Of a DNA stretch of 64,000 nucleotides, positions 1 to 12,659 are shown in pieces (position 1 is the first letter of the stretch; each line of letters begins with the position of its first letter). This stretch comes from Macrostomum lignano (taxonomy: Eukaryota). The position numbers and the translations under genes are program-made. The notes under the pieces were generated by a model. That model ran no database searches, was not told where the DNA came from, and saw only the letters and a list, made by a program, of their open reading frames with translations. Where the stretch lies: contig NIVC01000352.1 in assembly GCA_002269645.1 (NCBI GenBank), forward strand, positions 248,001-312,000. The letters are read 5' to 3'.

Positions 1-418
1 TCAAGTCTCCACCTACCCAGCTCCTCAAGTCTCCACCTACCCAGATCCTCAAGTCTCCACCTACCCACATCCTCAAGTCTCCATCTACCCAGATTCTCAA
101 GGCTCCACCTACTCAGATCCTCAAGTCTCCACCTACCCAGATCCTCAAGTCTCCACCTACTCAGATCCTCAAGTCTCCATCTACCCAGCTCCTCAAGGCT
201 CCACCTACCCAGATCCTCAAGTCTCCATCTACCCAGCTCCTCAAGGCTCCACCTACCCAGCTCCTCAAGGCTCCACCTACCCAGATCCTCAAGGCTCCAC
301 CTACCCAGCTCCTCAAGGCTCCACCTACCCAGATCCTCAAGGCTCCACCTACTCAGATCCTCAGAGCTCCACCTACCCAGCTCCTCAAGTCTCCACCTAC
401 CCAGATCCTCGAGTCTCT
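1..418. repeat. 24-bp tandem minisatellite (CTCAAGGCTCCACCTACCCAGATC), in the intron upstream of the EMG1 last exon
   Basis: About 17 near-identical units read directly; the array runs off the window start. Confidence 0.95.
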
Positions 419-557
419 ACCGACAGATCAATCTACCTATCTAGAGACTTGATGATCTAAACAGATCCCCTAATGTCTACCTTCAATTATTAATGCCTTC
501 AATATAGCATCGCAGGCGCTAAAAAGCTTCCCCTTTACTCATCTATCCCATCCGTAG

Positions 558-870
558 GTGATAAAAAAACCCCATCACGGACCACCTGCCGGCGCAGGCG
601 CACAAGTTCACCACCTCTGTGCAGGCGGATGCCAGCCTGACAGAGCAGCTGAGCCGAACCCCAGTAACAGACCAGCCAGTCGTATTCGTGATCGGCGCCG
701 TGGCTCACGGCTCAATATCGGCCGACTACGCGGAGGGCAGCGTGTCTCTCAGCGGCTATCCGCTCTCTGCCGCTCTGGCCTGCGCCAAGCTAACTGGCGA
801 ATTCGAGGCGTATTGGCGTATTGAAGAGCTGCGCGCTGAACATACTACTGCTAGCCGGACTGATAAGTAG
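558..870 (+). CDS. EMG1: EMG1/NEP1 18S rRNA pseudouridine methyltransferase, last exon (contains a +1 frameshift in an A run)
   Basis: Acceptor CCGTAG|GTG at 557/558. VIKNPITDHLP...PVVFVIGAVAHGSISADYAEGSVSLSGYPLSAALACAKLTGEFEAYW matches the SPOUT C-terminus of EMG1. The frame requires removing one A from 563-569. Stop TAG 868-870; AATAAA at 964-969. Confidence 0.9.
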
Positions 871-1107
871 CTAGTTCTGCTTGGTTGGCCTTGTCGCATT
901 TTCTTCAAGTGCTTCTACTGCTTTTATTCGCTCGATTGTGTCCTGGAGTGCTTATTAACGTGTAATAAATCGATGGTACAAGCGATATGTAGCACTGTCT
1001 TGTTTGGCTTATTCTGTTCGTTTTTTGTACCCGTTTTCATTAGCTTGCGTTCGATTTTTATCTAATCTAGTTTATAGGATGATTAGCTTTCCTTTGATCT
1101 ATTCTAT

Positions 1108-1893
1108 TGATTCCCTCTAATCTATTCTCTAGATTCCCGCTAATCTATTCCCTAGATTCCCGCTAATCTATTCCCTAGATTCCCGCTAATCTATTCCCTA
1201 GATTCCCGCTAATCTATTCCCTAGATTACCGCTAATCTATTCTCTAGATTCTCGCTAATCTATTCCCTAGGTTCCCGCTTATCTATTCCCTAGATTCCCG
1301 CTAATCTATTCCCTAGATTCCCTCTAATCTATTCCCTAGATTCGCTCTAATCTATTCCCTAGATTCGCTCTAATCTATTCCCTAGATTCGCTCTAATCTA
1401 TTCCCTAGATTCCCTCTAATCTATTCCCTAGATTCCCGATAACATATTCTCTAGATTCTTGCTAACCTATTCCCTAGATTTCCGCTGATCTATTCTCTAG
1501 ATTCTCGCTAGTCTGTCCCCTAGATTTTGGCTAATCTAGCTATTCCCTAGATTCCCGATAACATATTCTCTAGATTCCCCCTAGTCTGTTCCCTAGATTT
1601 AGGCTAATCTATTCTCTAGATTCTCGCTAGTCGGCTCCCTAGATATAGTCTAATATATTCTCTAGATTCTCGCTAGTCGGCTCCCTATTTATAGTCTAAT
1701 ATATTCTCTATATTCTCGCTAGTCTTTTCCCTAGATTTTGGCTAATCTATTCTCTAGATTCTCGCTAGTCTGTTCCCTAGATATAGTCTAATCTATTCTC
1801 TAGATTCTCGCTCGTCCGTTCCCTAGATTTAGGCTAATCTATTCTCTAGATTCTCGCTAGTCTGTTCCCTAGATTTAGGCTAATCTACTCCCT
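1108..1893. repeat. 23-bp tandem satellite (TAATCTATTCCCTAGATTCCCGC) drifting into a 46-bp higher-order dimer
   Basis: Read directly; it fills most of the spacer between EMG1 and the next ORF. Confidence 0.9.
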
Positions 1894-1916
1894 ATTGTTA
1901 CCATGCTGTGTAAGCA

Positions 1917-2267
1917 ATGAGCCAGCTGTCACCGCTGCTCCTGGCCGTGCTGCCAGTTATCGCTGTCCTCCGGCCAGTCGCCGGCGTCACCCTGGAGGAG
2001 GCGCTGCGCAGGCCGGATTACTACATCCAGTACGATACCACCCGCTTCAACTCTGCCGTTCACGCCGCGCTGGCCCTGGTCGTCTGCCTGGTGGCCCTCG
2101 TCTCCATCTGGCTGATCGTGCAGGGCTGTTCCGTTTTCGTGTTCCGCCGTAGCGGTCATCGTCGAGGCGTCGCAGGCGGTCGCTGGGGCGACTCGCTGGC
2201 TTCGTCAAATAAGTCGCCAACTACGGCGCTGATTGGCACGGACTTCGACGGCGGCAACGGGTTCTAA
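1917..2267 (+). CDS. Uncharacterised 116-aa single-pass membrane protein (signal peptide, short ectodomain, TM, basic stop-transfer, tail)
   Basis: ATG start; GC-rich codon usage like the other exons; hydrophobic N-terminus (LLLAVLPVIAVL..VAG|V); second hydrophobic run AALALVVCLVALVSIWLIVQGCSVFVF followed by RRSGHRR. No family recognised. Confidence 0.7.
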   Translation: MSQLSPLLLAVLPVIAVLRPVAGVTLEEALRRPDYYIQYDTTRFNSAVHAALALVVCLVALVSIWLIVQGCSVFVFRRSGHRRGVAGGRWGDSLASSNKSPTTALIGTDFDGGNGF

Positions 2268-2377
2268 CTTCTAAGTTAAAGGTGGAATGAAAGCTTTGTC
2301 GGTCAAGAGCATTAAGGGAGAATAGCGGGTACACAGACTGAGATTCACATTGGGTGGGGCAGTCAAATGACCACAGA

Positions 2378-2498
2378 GAGACCTAGGGTAGCGGAGTGAC
2401 CATAGAGTCCTGGAGTGGGGTAGCAGAGTGACCATAGAGTCCTGGAGTGGGGTAGCGGAGTGACCATAGAGTCCTGGAGTGAGGTAGCGGAGTGACCA
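2378..2498. repeat. 32-bp tandem repeat, about 3.5 copies
   Basis: GGGTAGCGGAGTGACCATAGAGTCCTGGAGTG repeated. Confidence 0.8.
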
Positions 2499-2887
2499 GC
2501 AAATAATTTCTTATTTTATAATATGTTTCCATTCGACCAGCATCTATGTGCTTAGCTTTAATCAGTCAATATCATTTTCAAATCGTGTAATTTATATTTA
2601 TTGATTTTTATTTTAAAGCATTCCAATTTTAATGGACAAGTTTTGTCCAGTCATGTCTGGGAATATCCCGACTGACTCTGATTAACGCTTTCTAACTATA
2701 TTTTATTTATAATTTTTGTGTGCAATAGCTTCTCTTCCCGATCAGTTTTTACCTGTATAACCAATTACACGTTTTTATCTGATACTTAACGCTCTTGTTA
2801 TGGTTTTATTGAATATGCTTTACACAATCCAAAGAATTTGCTGATTGGTTTTTGTTTTTTCGTTCTTGATGTCAATGCTGAATGAGC

Positions 2888-3500
2888 TCACTGATGAGGC
2901 AAGCTTACAGAGGAAGCTGGTGAGCAGCTCACTGATGAGGCAAGCTTACAGAGGAAGCTGGTGAGCAGCTCACTGATGAGGCAAGCTTACAGCGGAAGCT
3001 GATGAGGCAAGCTTACAGAGGAAGCTGGTGAGCAGCTCACTGATGAGGCAAGCTTACAGCGGAAGCTGATGAGGCAAGCTTACAGCGGAAGCTGATGAGG
3101 CAAGCTTACAGCGGAAGCTGATGAGGCAAGCTTACAGCGGAAGCTGATGAGGCAAGCTTACAGCGGAAGCTGATGAGGCAAGCTTACAGCGGAAGCTGAT
3201 GAGGCAAGCTTACAGCGGAAGCTGATGAGGCAAGCTTACAGCGGAAGCTGATGAGGCAAGCTTACAGCGAAAGCTGATGAGGCAAGCTTACAGCGGAAGC
3301 TGATGAGGCAAGCTTACAGCGAAAGCTGATGAGGCAAGCTTACAGCGGAAGCTGATGAGGCAAGCTTACAGAGGAAGCTGGTGAGCAGCTCACTGATGAG
3401 GCAAGCTTACAGAAGAAACTGATCAGCAGCTGGCTGATGAGACGCATTGCGTACTACAGGGGAAGCTGAAGAGAAATTCGCTGATGAGGCAGCATGCAGA
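2888..3500. repeat. 26-bp tandem satellite (GCTGATGAGGCAAGCTTACAGCGGAA) with longer variant units
   Basis: Read directly; the longer variant carries an extra GTGAGCAGCTCAC hairpin segment. Confidence 0.92.
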
Positions 3501-4136
3501 AGAAACTGAGAGCACCGACAAAGCGGCAGCTTAGCCCAACTGTGCATAATTTGTACCAACTAAGATGGATTGGCTCTGCTGGCTCCTACAGCAGTCCTAG
3601 CCGCAGTACAATCTCCAAGCTTATTCTCACTGATGGATCGATTATTTTGCGTGTCCTAAAACAAGGACCGCGCGTGTGCGGCACTTGTCTAAATGGGGAC
3701 GCTTTTTGCAAGACAGCTGTGAATGTCGCATCGAAGCAATATCGTAGATAGTGAACAGAAAAGCAGGCACAAAGGCAGTGTAATGTGTAATTAGCAATAG
3801 CTTACTATAGAGAATCTTTAGTAAGGCTGCACATTTTCAGAGTGCTACAACCGTCCGAGAATATCAAATTTACATGTAGCTTGTAGACTTAAACGGGCAG
3901 GCAGCCTGAATACTAGCTGGGGCCCAGATCTAATTTCCTTGGCTGCTACTGTATCGAGGCTATACTCTCAAGTGTAAATATTGTGCTCCGGGGGCCGCTG
4001 TCTGTAAATTGAGGGTGTGACTGTCGTAAAAAGTCACATGGGGGCGCCGCCCCCCTCAAATTATACTCAACTGCAATCGAGGACCGGATGTACTATAGGT
4101 CAAGGTGGCCAATTAAAAACCCAGGAAAAGAATATT

Positions 4137-5505
4137 GTTTGTGGCACTGAAATCTTGTCTGTAGCACTGAAATCTTGTCTGTAGCACTGAAATCTTGTCT
4201 GTGGCACTGAAATCTTGTCTGTGGCACTGAAATCTTGTCTGTGGCACTGAAATCTTGTCTGTAGCACTGAAATATTGTCTGTAGCACTGAACTCTTGTCT
4301 GTGGCACTGAAATCTTGTCTGTGTCACTGAAATCTTGTCTGTGGCACTGAAATCTTGTCTGTGGCACTGAAATCTTGTCTGTGGCACTGAAATATTGTCT
4401 GTAGCACTGAAATATTGTCTGTAGCACTGAAATCTTGTCTGTGGCACTGAAATCTTGTCTGTGGAACTGAAATCTTGTCTGTAGCACTCAAATCTTGTCT
4501 ATGGCACTGAAATCTTGTCTGTGGCACTGAAATCTTGTCTGTAGCACTGAAATCTTGTCTGTGGCACTGAAATCTTGTCTGTGGCACTGAAATCTTGTCT
4601 GTGGCACTGAAATCTTGTCTGTGGCACTGAAATCTTGTCTGTGTCACTGAAATCTTGTCTGTGTCACTGAAATCTTGTCTGTGGCACTGAAATCTTGTCT
4701 GTGGCACTGAAATCTTGTCTGTAGCACTGAAATATTGTCTGTAGCACTGAAATCTTGTCTGTGGCACTGAAATCTTGTCTGTGGAACTGAAATCTTGTCT
4801 GTGTCACTGAAATCTTGTCTGTGGCACTGAAATCTTGTCTGTGGCACTGAAATCTTGTCTGTAGCACTGAAATATTGTCTGTAGCACTGAAATCTTGTCT
4901 GTGGCACTGAAATCTTGTCCATAGCATTAAAATCTTGTCCATAGCATTAAAATCTTGTCCATAGCATTAAATCTTGTCCATAGCATTAGAATCTTGTCCA
5001 TAGCATTAAAATCTTGTCCATAGCATTAAAATCTTGTCCATAGCATTAAAATCTTGTCCATAGCATTAAAATCTTGTCCATAGCATTAAAATCTTGTCCA
5101 TAGCATTAAAATCTTGTCCATAGCATTAAAATCTTGTCCATAGCATTAGAATCTTGTCCATAGCATTAAAATCTTGTCCATAGCATTAAAATCTTGTCCA
5201 TAGCATTAAAATCTTGTCCATAGCATTAAAATCTTGTCCATAGCATTAGAATCTTGTCCATAGCATTAAAATCTTGTCCATAGCATTAAAATCTTGTCCA
5301 TAGCATTAAAATCTTGTCCATAGCATTAAAATCTTGTCCATAGCATTAGAATCTTGTCCATAGCATTAAATCTTGTCCATAGCATTAAAATCTTGTCCAT
5401 AGCATTAAAATCTTGTCTATAGCATTAAAATCTTGTCCATAGCATTAAAATCTTGTCCATAGCATTAAAATCTTGTCCATAGCATTAAAATCTTGTCCAT
5501 AGCAA
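4137..5505. repeat. 20-bp tandem satellite in two homogeneous blocks (GTGGCACTGAAATCTTGTCT to about 4917, then ATAGCATTAAAATCTTGTCC)
   Basis: Read directly; the overlapping QTRFQCHRQ-type ORFs are artefacts of this array. Confidence 0.97.
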
Positions 5506-6721
5506 AAAGTTTTTCTTGACTTTTGTTAATAACGGAATTTAAGCGATCTGGTGTGCCCGCCACAGTTCTTATCAGGTGCTTATGAACTCTGATAAGATTT
5601 GTTTACAAACGTATTTTTTAAATAGCAGCCGAACCGATCCTGTCGTCTGCATTCCTCGAGTCAGCAGATGTTTGATGACGAGAGCAATATGAAAGTAGGC
5701 TTTTACATTAGCATTTTCACGAGTATGCAGCAGCACGTTCGTTCACAACAAGACGAGCTGACAGTTAATGGGTAATAATTAATCAGCTCTTATTGATAGA
5801 AATTTTCATTGCGCAAAGTTGAGTTGGATTTTGCTAGTTGAGTACAGGCTCCGTGTTCCTGATGTTATCCAATGACTTCCGGTCGCATATTTTGGATCTT
5901 GTTTGTTAATTTCCTTGACTAAAATCTCACTTTCTCACGTGTGTCAGAATTCAAGCCATGAGCAATGCAATAAATACACTGCGGAACAAACAGACAAAGA
6001 AGTTGCATCTTCGCAGCGAGGAGATCGTGTTGTGTGTAATTGAGAATGGCGACGAAGACACGTCAAGTTACCAATATCCAATCATGCGATATTATATTGA
6101 GCCGAGCGAGTTGTTAATGCGCCAGCCAGTCCCGCCCGGGGCGCGATGTCAGCGAGGAATTAATCGGTGGGAATGAATTCATGCTAAATAAGCCGCGGTA
6201 ATTAGGGGGGAGGTGCATGGGCGCATTTGGAAGGCGCAGGCACGCGAGGCGTGTCGAGGGCGACTGGGAGCCGGGGAAACCCGAGCCCCGACGTCCCCCC
6301 ACCCCGCCCAAAGCTGGTGCCGAGTATCGCATTACAGCACATTCGCCCGGGCGGGCCCTGCGCAGGACCAGAGCAGGTTTGCAGCTTTATTTGCGCCTTC
6401 GTTAAATGCCTGCAGCTCCGCGTCAAGTGAGAGCTGCCCGCGTCTCCACAAGCAGTTCCAACACAGGCCACCATGGCGGCCGATTGCCATGAAGAGTGTG
6501 CAGCCGGAGCCCAAGCGGTCATGCTTCCAATCTTTTAAAATGATATTCAATTCAACTTGCGAGCAATCTGTTCTATTCTAAAGCTATCTACTTTTCTTCT
6601 GCATTTACTCAGTAGGAAGTTTGTACATATTGAAACGCTTTTAGATGTGTGAGATCCCTTTTAGTGTTTCAATTCTAGGAGTAGATGTTGGCTTTTGAGT
6701 CCTGACTAATTTTTCTTATTA

Positions 6722-6997
6722 CACCTGTCCTAATGGCCAGATGTGCAACCGACAGCTCAGCCGCAGCTATTGCGCAGCGCATCTGAAGGCTGCTTACGGC
6801 TGTTCAGTCCAAGGACTGGGGGGTCACCACACACCCTCAATTACCCCAGCTAATGCTGGCACCTATTTTACAGCTGGGTGAACTGAAGCATGGCAGAGTT
6901 AAGTGTCTTGCTCAAGGGCACAAATTGTTTCGAGTGGATCGAGAATCGAACCCCCGACCTTTTGAGTCGTGAGTCCTCTAACCACTATCGAATCTAC
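6722..6997 (-). mobile_element. tRNA-derived SINE with a CORE-like central domain (family 1, copy A)
   Basis: Reverse complement aligns with 59237-59533: tRNA A/B boxes followed by CCCTTGAGCAAGACACTTAACTC...CTGTAAAATAGG, which resembles the CORE/MIR domain. Confidence 0.8.
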
Positions 6998-8035
6998 TAT
7001 TATCTAGGATTGAAGTCCCAAGGCTCCACTGCCCCATGAATAGCGTGCAGGAAATAATAATTGATAGAGAAATGCAAATTCTGACTTCCATGCCCCCCAG
7101 GCCGGAAGCTGGCCCTACTCTGAAGAAGCCGGAAGGTCGAGCAGTGGGGGGCATCGAAGATCCTTAGATTGAGATAGCCATGATGGATCTCATGGCCCGG
7201 ATTGAACGGAGGAACTTCTTTCAAACCGCTAACGACCAGAACGCGTGCTCATGAGCTGTGCATGCATAGTTTTGGAGGAGTATCGCTGCTGGGGGGGGCG
7301 AATGCTTGGTCTCCCCCTGACAGAGGCAGCAGGAGAAAGGAGGCCAGTGCAAGGGATAAGGAATCGGGGGCAGAGGGAATCGGGGTGGGTTTAAGCCGGG
7401 GTGCGGCCGGGATGGGCCGCCAAGGGGTGGGATCAGGCGGGGCCCGGATGTTGCCGGGGAAAAAGGCGCACACAGCGCATCTCTGTCCGGCTGGCTGCTC
7501 AAAAATTGGCCAATTCAGCTGGAAGTCGATAGCCACAGCCAGCACGCCGCATCTACCGATCCCTTGACCGTCCTTGCGTCAGTCTACATCAATTCATCGC
7601 GGCTACTCCTCCGAAACCTTCTGGCGACAAAGGATTCACTCCCTGATTCGAGCTAATGCTTACTGTTTCTCCCCACCCCCCCCACATAACCTGCGTTTTT
7701 GTTGGTACGTCCTACTGCCTGCTCCGTCTCACCATTGGCTGGGCGGTGGGTCGCACGGCCAGAGCTCATGGTCTCGAGTGAAGATAAAAGTTGACACGCC
7801 TGCACTGCCAGGCTTCATATTATAGCTTTCAACTTTGCAATTTCTATTCATGCAGGGCAGCTTGAGGGTAAGTTTCCTTTGCTTCTGTTGCTCAATGCTC
7901 AGTCGCTAAGGAGAGAATTGTAGTAAGCGAAACCGCCTTCATCCTTAACCGCTGTCCGGACCAAACTGCTATGCGCGACCGCTCCCACGCTTTGGACGGA
8001 GGACTGTTAAGGGCGAGGCTCGCTTGGTTCGGCTG

Positions 8036-8675
8036 GACTCTCTCTCCCCAGACTCTCACTCAGACTCTCACCCCAGACTCTCACGTACCCCAGACTCTCA
8101 CCCAAGATTCTCACCTCAGACTCTCATCCCAGACTCTCACCCCAGACTCTCACCCCAGACTCTCACCCCAGACTCTCACCCCAGACTCTCACCCCAGACT
8201 CTCACGTACCCCAGACTCTCACCCAAGACTCTCACCCCAGACTCTCACCCCAGACTCTCACCCCAGACTCTCTCTCCCCAGACTCTCACCCCAGACTCTC
8301 ACCCCAGACTCTCACCCCAGACTCTCACCCCAGACTCTCACCCCAGACTCTCACCCCAGACTCTCACGTACCCCAGACTCTCACGTACCCCAGACTCTCA
8401 CGTACCCCAGACTCTCACCCAAGACTCTCACCTCAGACTCTCACCCCAGACTCTCACCCCAGACTCTCACCCCAGACTCTCACGTACCTCAGACTCTCAC
8501 CCCAGACTCTCACGTACCTCAGACTCTCACCCCAGACTCTCACCCCAGACTCTCGCCCAAGACTCTCACCTCAGACTCTCACCCCAGACTCTCACCTCAG
8601 ACTCTCACCCCAGACTCTCACCTCAGACTCTCACCCCAAACTCCCACTCCAGACTCTCACCCAGACTCTCACCCT
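8036..8675. repeat. 13-bp tandem minisatellite (CTCACCCCAGACT)
   Basis: Read directly; the PQTLTPDSH-type ORFs are artefacts. Confidence 0.95.
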
Positions 8676-9679
8676 AACTCAAAGATGGGTAAAATTTCCT
8701 GATTCAAAGATAGTGAGCGGGTAGCTAAAGAAACTGGTGCCCTTGAACATATCTCCATGTCAATAATCACTTGATAGATATCCAGGTAGTCTGGCCATCG
8801 ACTATGCCTATGAACTCTGGGTTACTTTCCTGCCTAGTTCATGATGCGGTCTGTGCCCCTTAACTCACTTGATTCTTTGCTTTTACTGGCTCAGCTTCAG
8901 CTTCAGTTTCAGCTCCTTCATTAACTCTATTATTTATTAGTCATGAGTCAGTCATTTCACAAGAAGTATAGTAGAGGCATCTAAAATATCTATTTAAAAG
9001 CATCGTCAAACTACTACTAGTAGACAGTCGCCAATGAAATAAAAAATGCACCGTTGATTCAAAAAAGTTAATAAAAAACAATGATTTATCCTACGACACG
9101 AATCAGAATAGGGAGGAGAGATTTACTGGGAGGCTTTAAGGGAATTTGACAGGCGATGCAGGCCCGTTAGACATGCGAGAGTGGAGGCTCGCTCAGTCAG
9201 TGGAAGTCTTCAATTTAGTAGCGTTTGGGAAAACAGTATGGAAAATGTCTATAGCAGCTATTCACGCAGATCGAAGGACTCAAATTGAGGCGGGGGTGGG
9301 TCAGCCGTGGGGGTCTGTTGGCCATCGATCGGGCCAAAATCAAACTGGAGCGCTTGAACTGCTTGCCAGCGATCGAGTGCCTCTGTCTGCACGGGGTAGC
9401 AACATGGAAACGACCTCTCTACTCGATAAATTCCAGTGCTCAACTACTGTTCTGCAGCTCGCATTCTGCGTTCTCTCTCTCTGTCTCTCTATCTTTAGCC
9501 GGTGCTTTTTGTGTTGCAGAAATTTTACAAAAAACAAACGTCTGCATTTTGTTAATTCGATTTCGAGTTAAGGCAAGCTCTGGTGAGAAATCAATACATC
9601 TATGTTTTACATTTGTTTCCAAATTTTGAGCTCCTTTTACCTCCAGTGCCAGATAAAGAATTCATTGTATGACTGCAGG

Positions 9680-9810
9680 CCAGAACAGGGGAGAGAAGAT
9701 AGTCAAAGGGAATAGAGAAAAGGAAGAGCGATAGAAGAGATGAGAAGCGGAGAAACAAAATAGAAGAGGAGGGGAGAGAAAGGAGAAGGGAAAAGAGAAG
9801 ACGTTATTAG
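9680..9810. repeat. Purine-rich (GA) low-complexity tract
   Basis: Almost only G and A on the + strand. Confidence 0.7.
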
Positions 9811-10134
9811 AGACACAAGACACATAGCTACTGCGAAGTTATCAAATATGCAGTGTAGTGAAGCAACCCACTTTCACTTTAGGAGCATTGGGTGCGGCAC
9901 AATGAACCGAATGCGACCGGACACCCCGAAGCCAGGGTTGGTGAGTAAAATCTTCACATATTTTCAATTCTATAATATCGATCATATGGAATGTTCAACT
10001 ACTTCTGTTTCACTCTCATTGTATACCAGAAGTGAAAGTTTTTACACCATTTTTGTTGCTTTTCAAATTGTCTTCAATGTGGTACTACGAGTAGTATGCA
10101 ACGCAAAATGTAAAAGTTGATGATTTTGACTGCA

Positions 10135-10568
10135 AGCACAGCAGTGCTGCACACACTGGCACAGCAGTGCTGCACACACTGGCACAGCAGCGCTGCACAC
10201 ACTGGCACAGCAGTGCTGCACACACTGGCACAGCAGTGCTGCACACACTGGCACAGCAGTGCTGCACACACTGGCACAGCAGTGCTGCACACACTGGCAC
10301 AGCAGTGCTGCACACACTGGCACAGCAGTGCTGCACACACTGGCACAGCAGTGCTGCACACACTGGCACAGCAGTGCTGCACACACTGGCACAGCAGTGC
10401 TGCACACACTGGCACAGCAGTGCTGCACACACTGGCACAGCAGTGCTGCACACACTGGCACAGCAGCGCTGCACACACTGGCACAGCAGTGCTGCACACA
10501 CTGGCACAGCAGTGCTGCACACACTGGCACAGCAGTGCTGCACACACTGGCACAGCAGTGCTGCACAC
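10135..10568. repeat. 23-bp tandem minisatellite (GCACAGCAGTGCTGCACACACTG)
   Basis: About 19 near-perfect units with no spacers. Confidence 0.97.
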
Positions 10569-11157
10569 TAGACTTTTGAGACGATAATAATTGTACCTAA
10601 AAAATATTTCCACAATTTTTGTTGCTGAATCAATGCGTCAGAAAATAAAGCACTAATATTGCCTCTCTGCAGCCAGCAAGAAAGCAGTTGCAGAACTACC
10701 AAAGTAATTCAAACTTGTTTCCAACCCCGCTGCTGCTTCCTTTGCAAGCCTGGCATGCAGTGAGCTGGCGTGATTAGGTGCGATTGAGCTGCTCGGCTGA
10801 GCCACCTGTCGAGACCTCGCCGGTGACACGCAAGAGATCCCTACAAATATTCCACAAGCGGTCAATTTATTACCTTACGCTCGTATTATTCCCGCCGATT
10901 CCGGCACGGAACTACTCGAGTAAACTGTAATAAAGCCCATTTGCCATGCAACATGCCATGAAGCTCGCCTTTGCACTGACCCACTGTAGCATTCGAACTG
11001 CTCGACTCAGTCTCAAATCTCGCGTAAATATTTTTTTGTTTAACTTTAAAAAGTTTTGATAACTGACGAAAATAGTTCAGAAAAATATCGCAGAGATGAG
11101 AGAGTGCAATGGGAAAGCAATGTTTATTGGCTAGCTGGAATATCTGTCCGTGTCCGT

Positions 11158-11403
<246 letters not shown>

Positions 11404-12659
11404 GTCTATTCGTTAGGAGTATTTTACTATTACTTCTCTGTGTCGGTTCAGTTTTCCAGGAATCCAGGCTTGGAGTTGGAGCCACTTCAGTCCCTTGAGA
11501 ATCGGGAGTCGCAGGAAACATAATCTTGCTTCTTGTAGGTCAAGGCACCAAGGCAATCTAGAGCCTGCACAAGTGCTGTGTTGCGTGAATCCAAGCCTCT
11601 AGCTCTAGTCTGTGTGAAATAAAGGCGGTCTGCCCTTGTTAGTGGAAAGTGTCAAATGAAATGAGACACAAATTTAGTCTCTATTTCTTAGAGTACTTCG
11701 TTTTTTCGACCAATAATCGCCCTAAACAGTCTGTGGGAATCGCCCTCCGCTGTCGCAAAGAATCGCTTTAAACAGTTCCTGGAATCTGTAGTCGTGAAAA
11801 CTCATACGTGTACGAATTGCAAAAACCTAAGGAAGAATTCGAAACTTGCCGAACCAACTGCCTGATGTTTCGTGTGCTTCTTCTCTCTTCTTCTCTGGCT
11901 GTGTAAAGTAGCTAATTTGACACCGGCAGCAACTCAGTAGCGTTCTCACTCTTGTTTGCACAGCCAGGAACAACACACCGCCCATAGTAACTAGTTCAGG
12001 CTAAAATTGCTTCTCCTAAAAGGAGGTGATTCAAGGTGAGAAAAACAGGAATTTTCCCTTCTAGATTTCCCAATTTTCTTCCGCACACAACTCAAGCAGG
12101 GCCATCAGCGGGGTGGAATGAATTCCGCTCTGCAACAAGATGGGAAATGACAAAATCTTGTTGATGCGCTGGTCCGTTCTGAGGCCATCGCTTCTCTATA
12201 GGCCTTGCACATTGCTCCCCGTCAAAGCAAATAGGGGGGGGGGGACTCGCTTCTTGGGAAAACTGCAGTTGTGTGTGCGGTTCCTGACTCCAATGCGGAT
12301 GACGCTAGTTAGCGCTAACAGCTTCCCACTTGCATCCAGCAGCCCATCTAAGTATACATACTGTCTCCATGTACCCTGCCATCCATCTGCTCATTTCTCT
12401 GACCTATTTGCCAACTTATCTTTCTTGATTCTTCTATCTTCGGTCAGCTTCTTTATCGCTACTTTTACTCGGTTGAATTTTTAGTCAAGGTTAAATCTTT
12501 ACTTTGCAGAAGCTTCTCTCTGCTTTGACTATGGCTACTTGGGCCAGATTTGTCTAGCAATATCCTGTCCATCTTACTTGGCCACCCCGCCATTCCATCC
12601 TCTGTTGAGCCCTCGTTGCGGCCAGATCCCATGAGGATCGCGGGTGTTTTCTCCAGGAG

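Noticed and set aside
2888-3500. Hammerhead-ribozyme-like words (CTGATGAG, occasional CGAAA) in the 26-bp satellite
   Set aside because: I could not build stem II between CTGATGA and GAAA, nor place a UH cleavage site with a paired stem I; the unit is too short. Also not a C/D snoRNA layout.
4093-4942. Overlapping ORFs with QTRFQCHRQ/ATDKISV repeats
   Set aside because: Translations of the 20-bp satellite in several frames.
7971-8702. 243-aa and 217-aa Pro/Ser/Thr-rich ORFs
   Set aside because: They arise from the 13-bp tandem repeat.
10135-10568. CRISPR-like array of partly palindromic 23-bp repeats (also 13226-13452)
   Set aside because: Units are contiguous with no unique spacers, there are no cas genes, and the context is eukaryotic.
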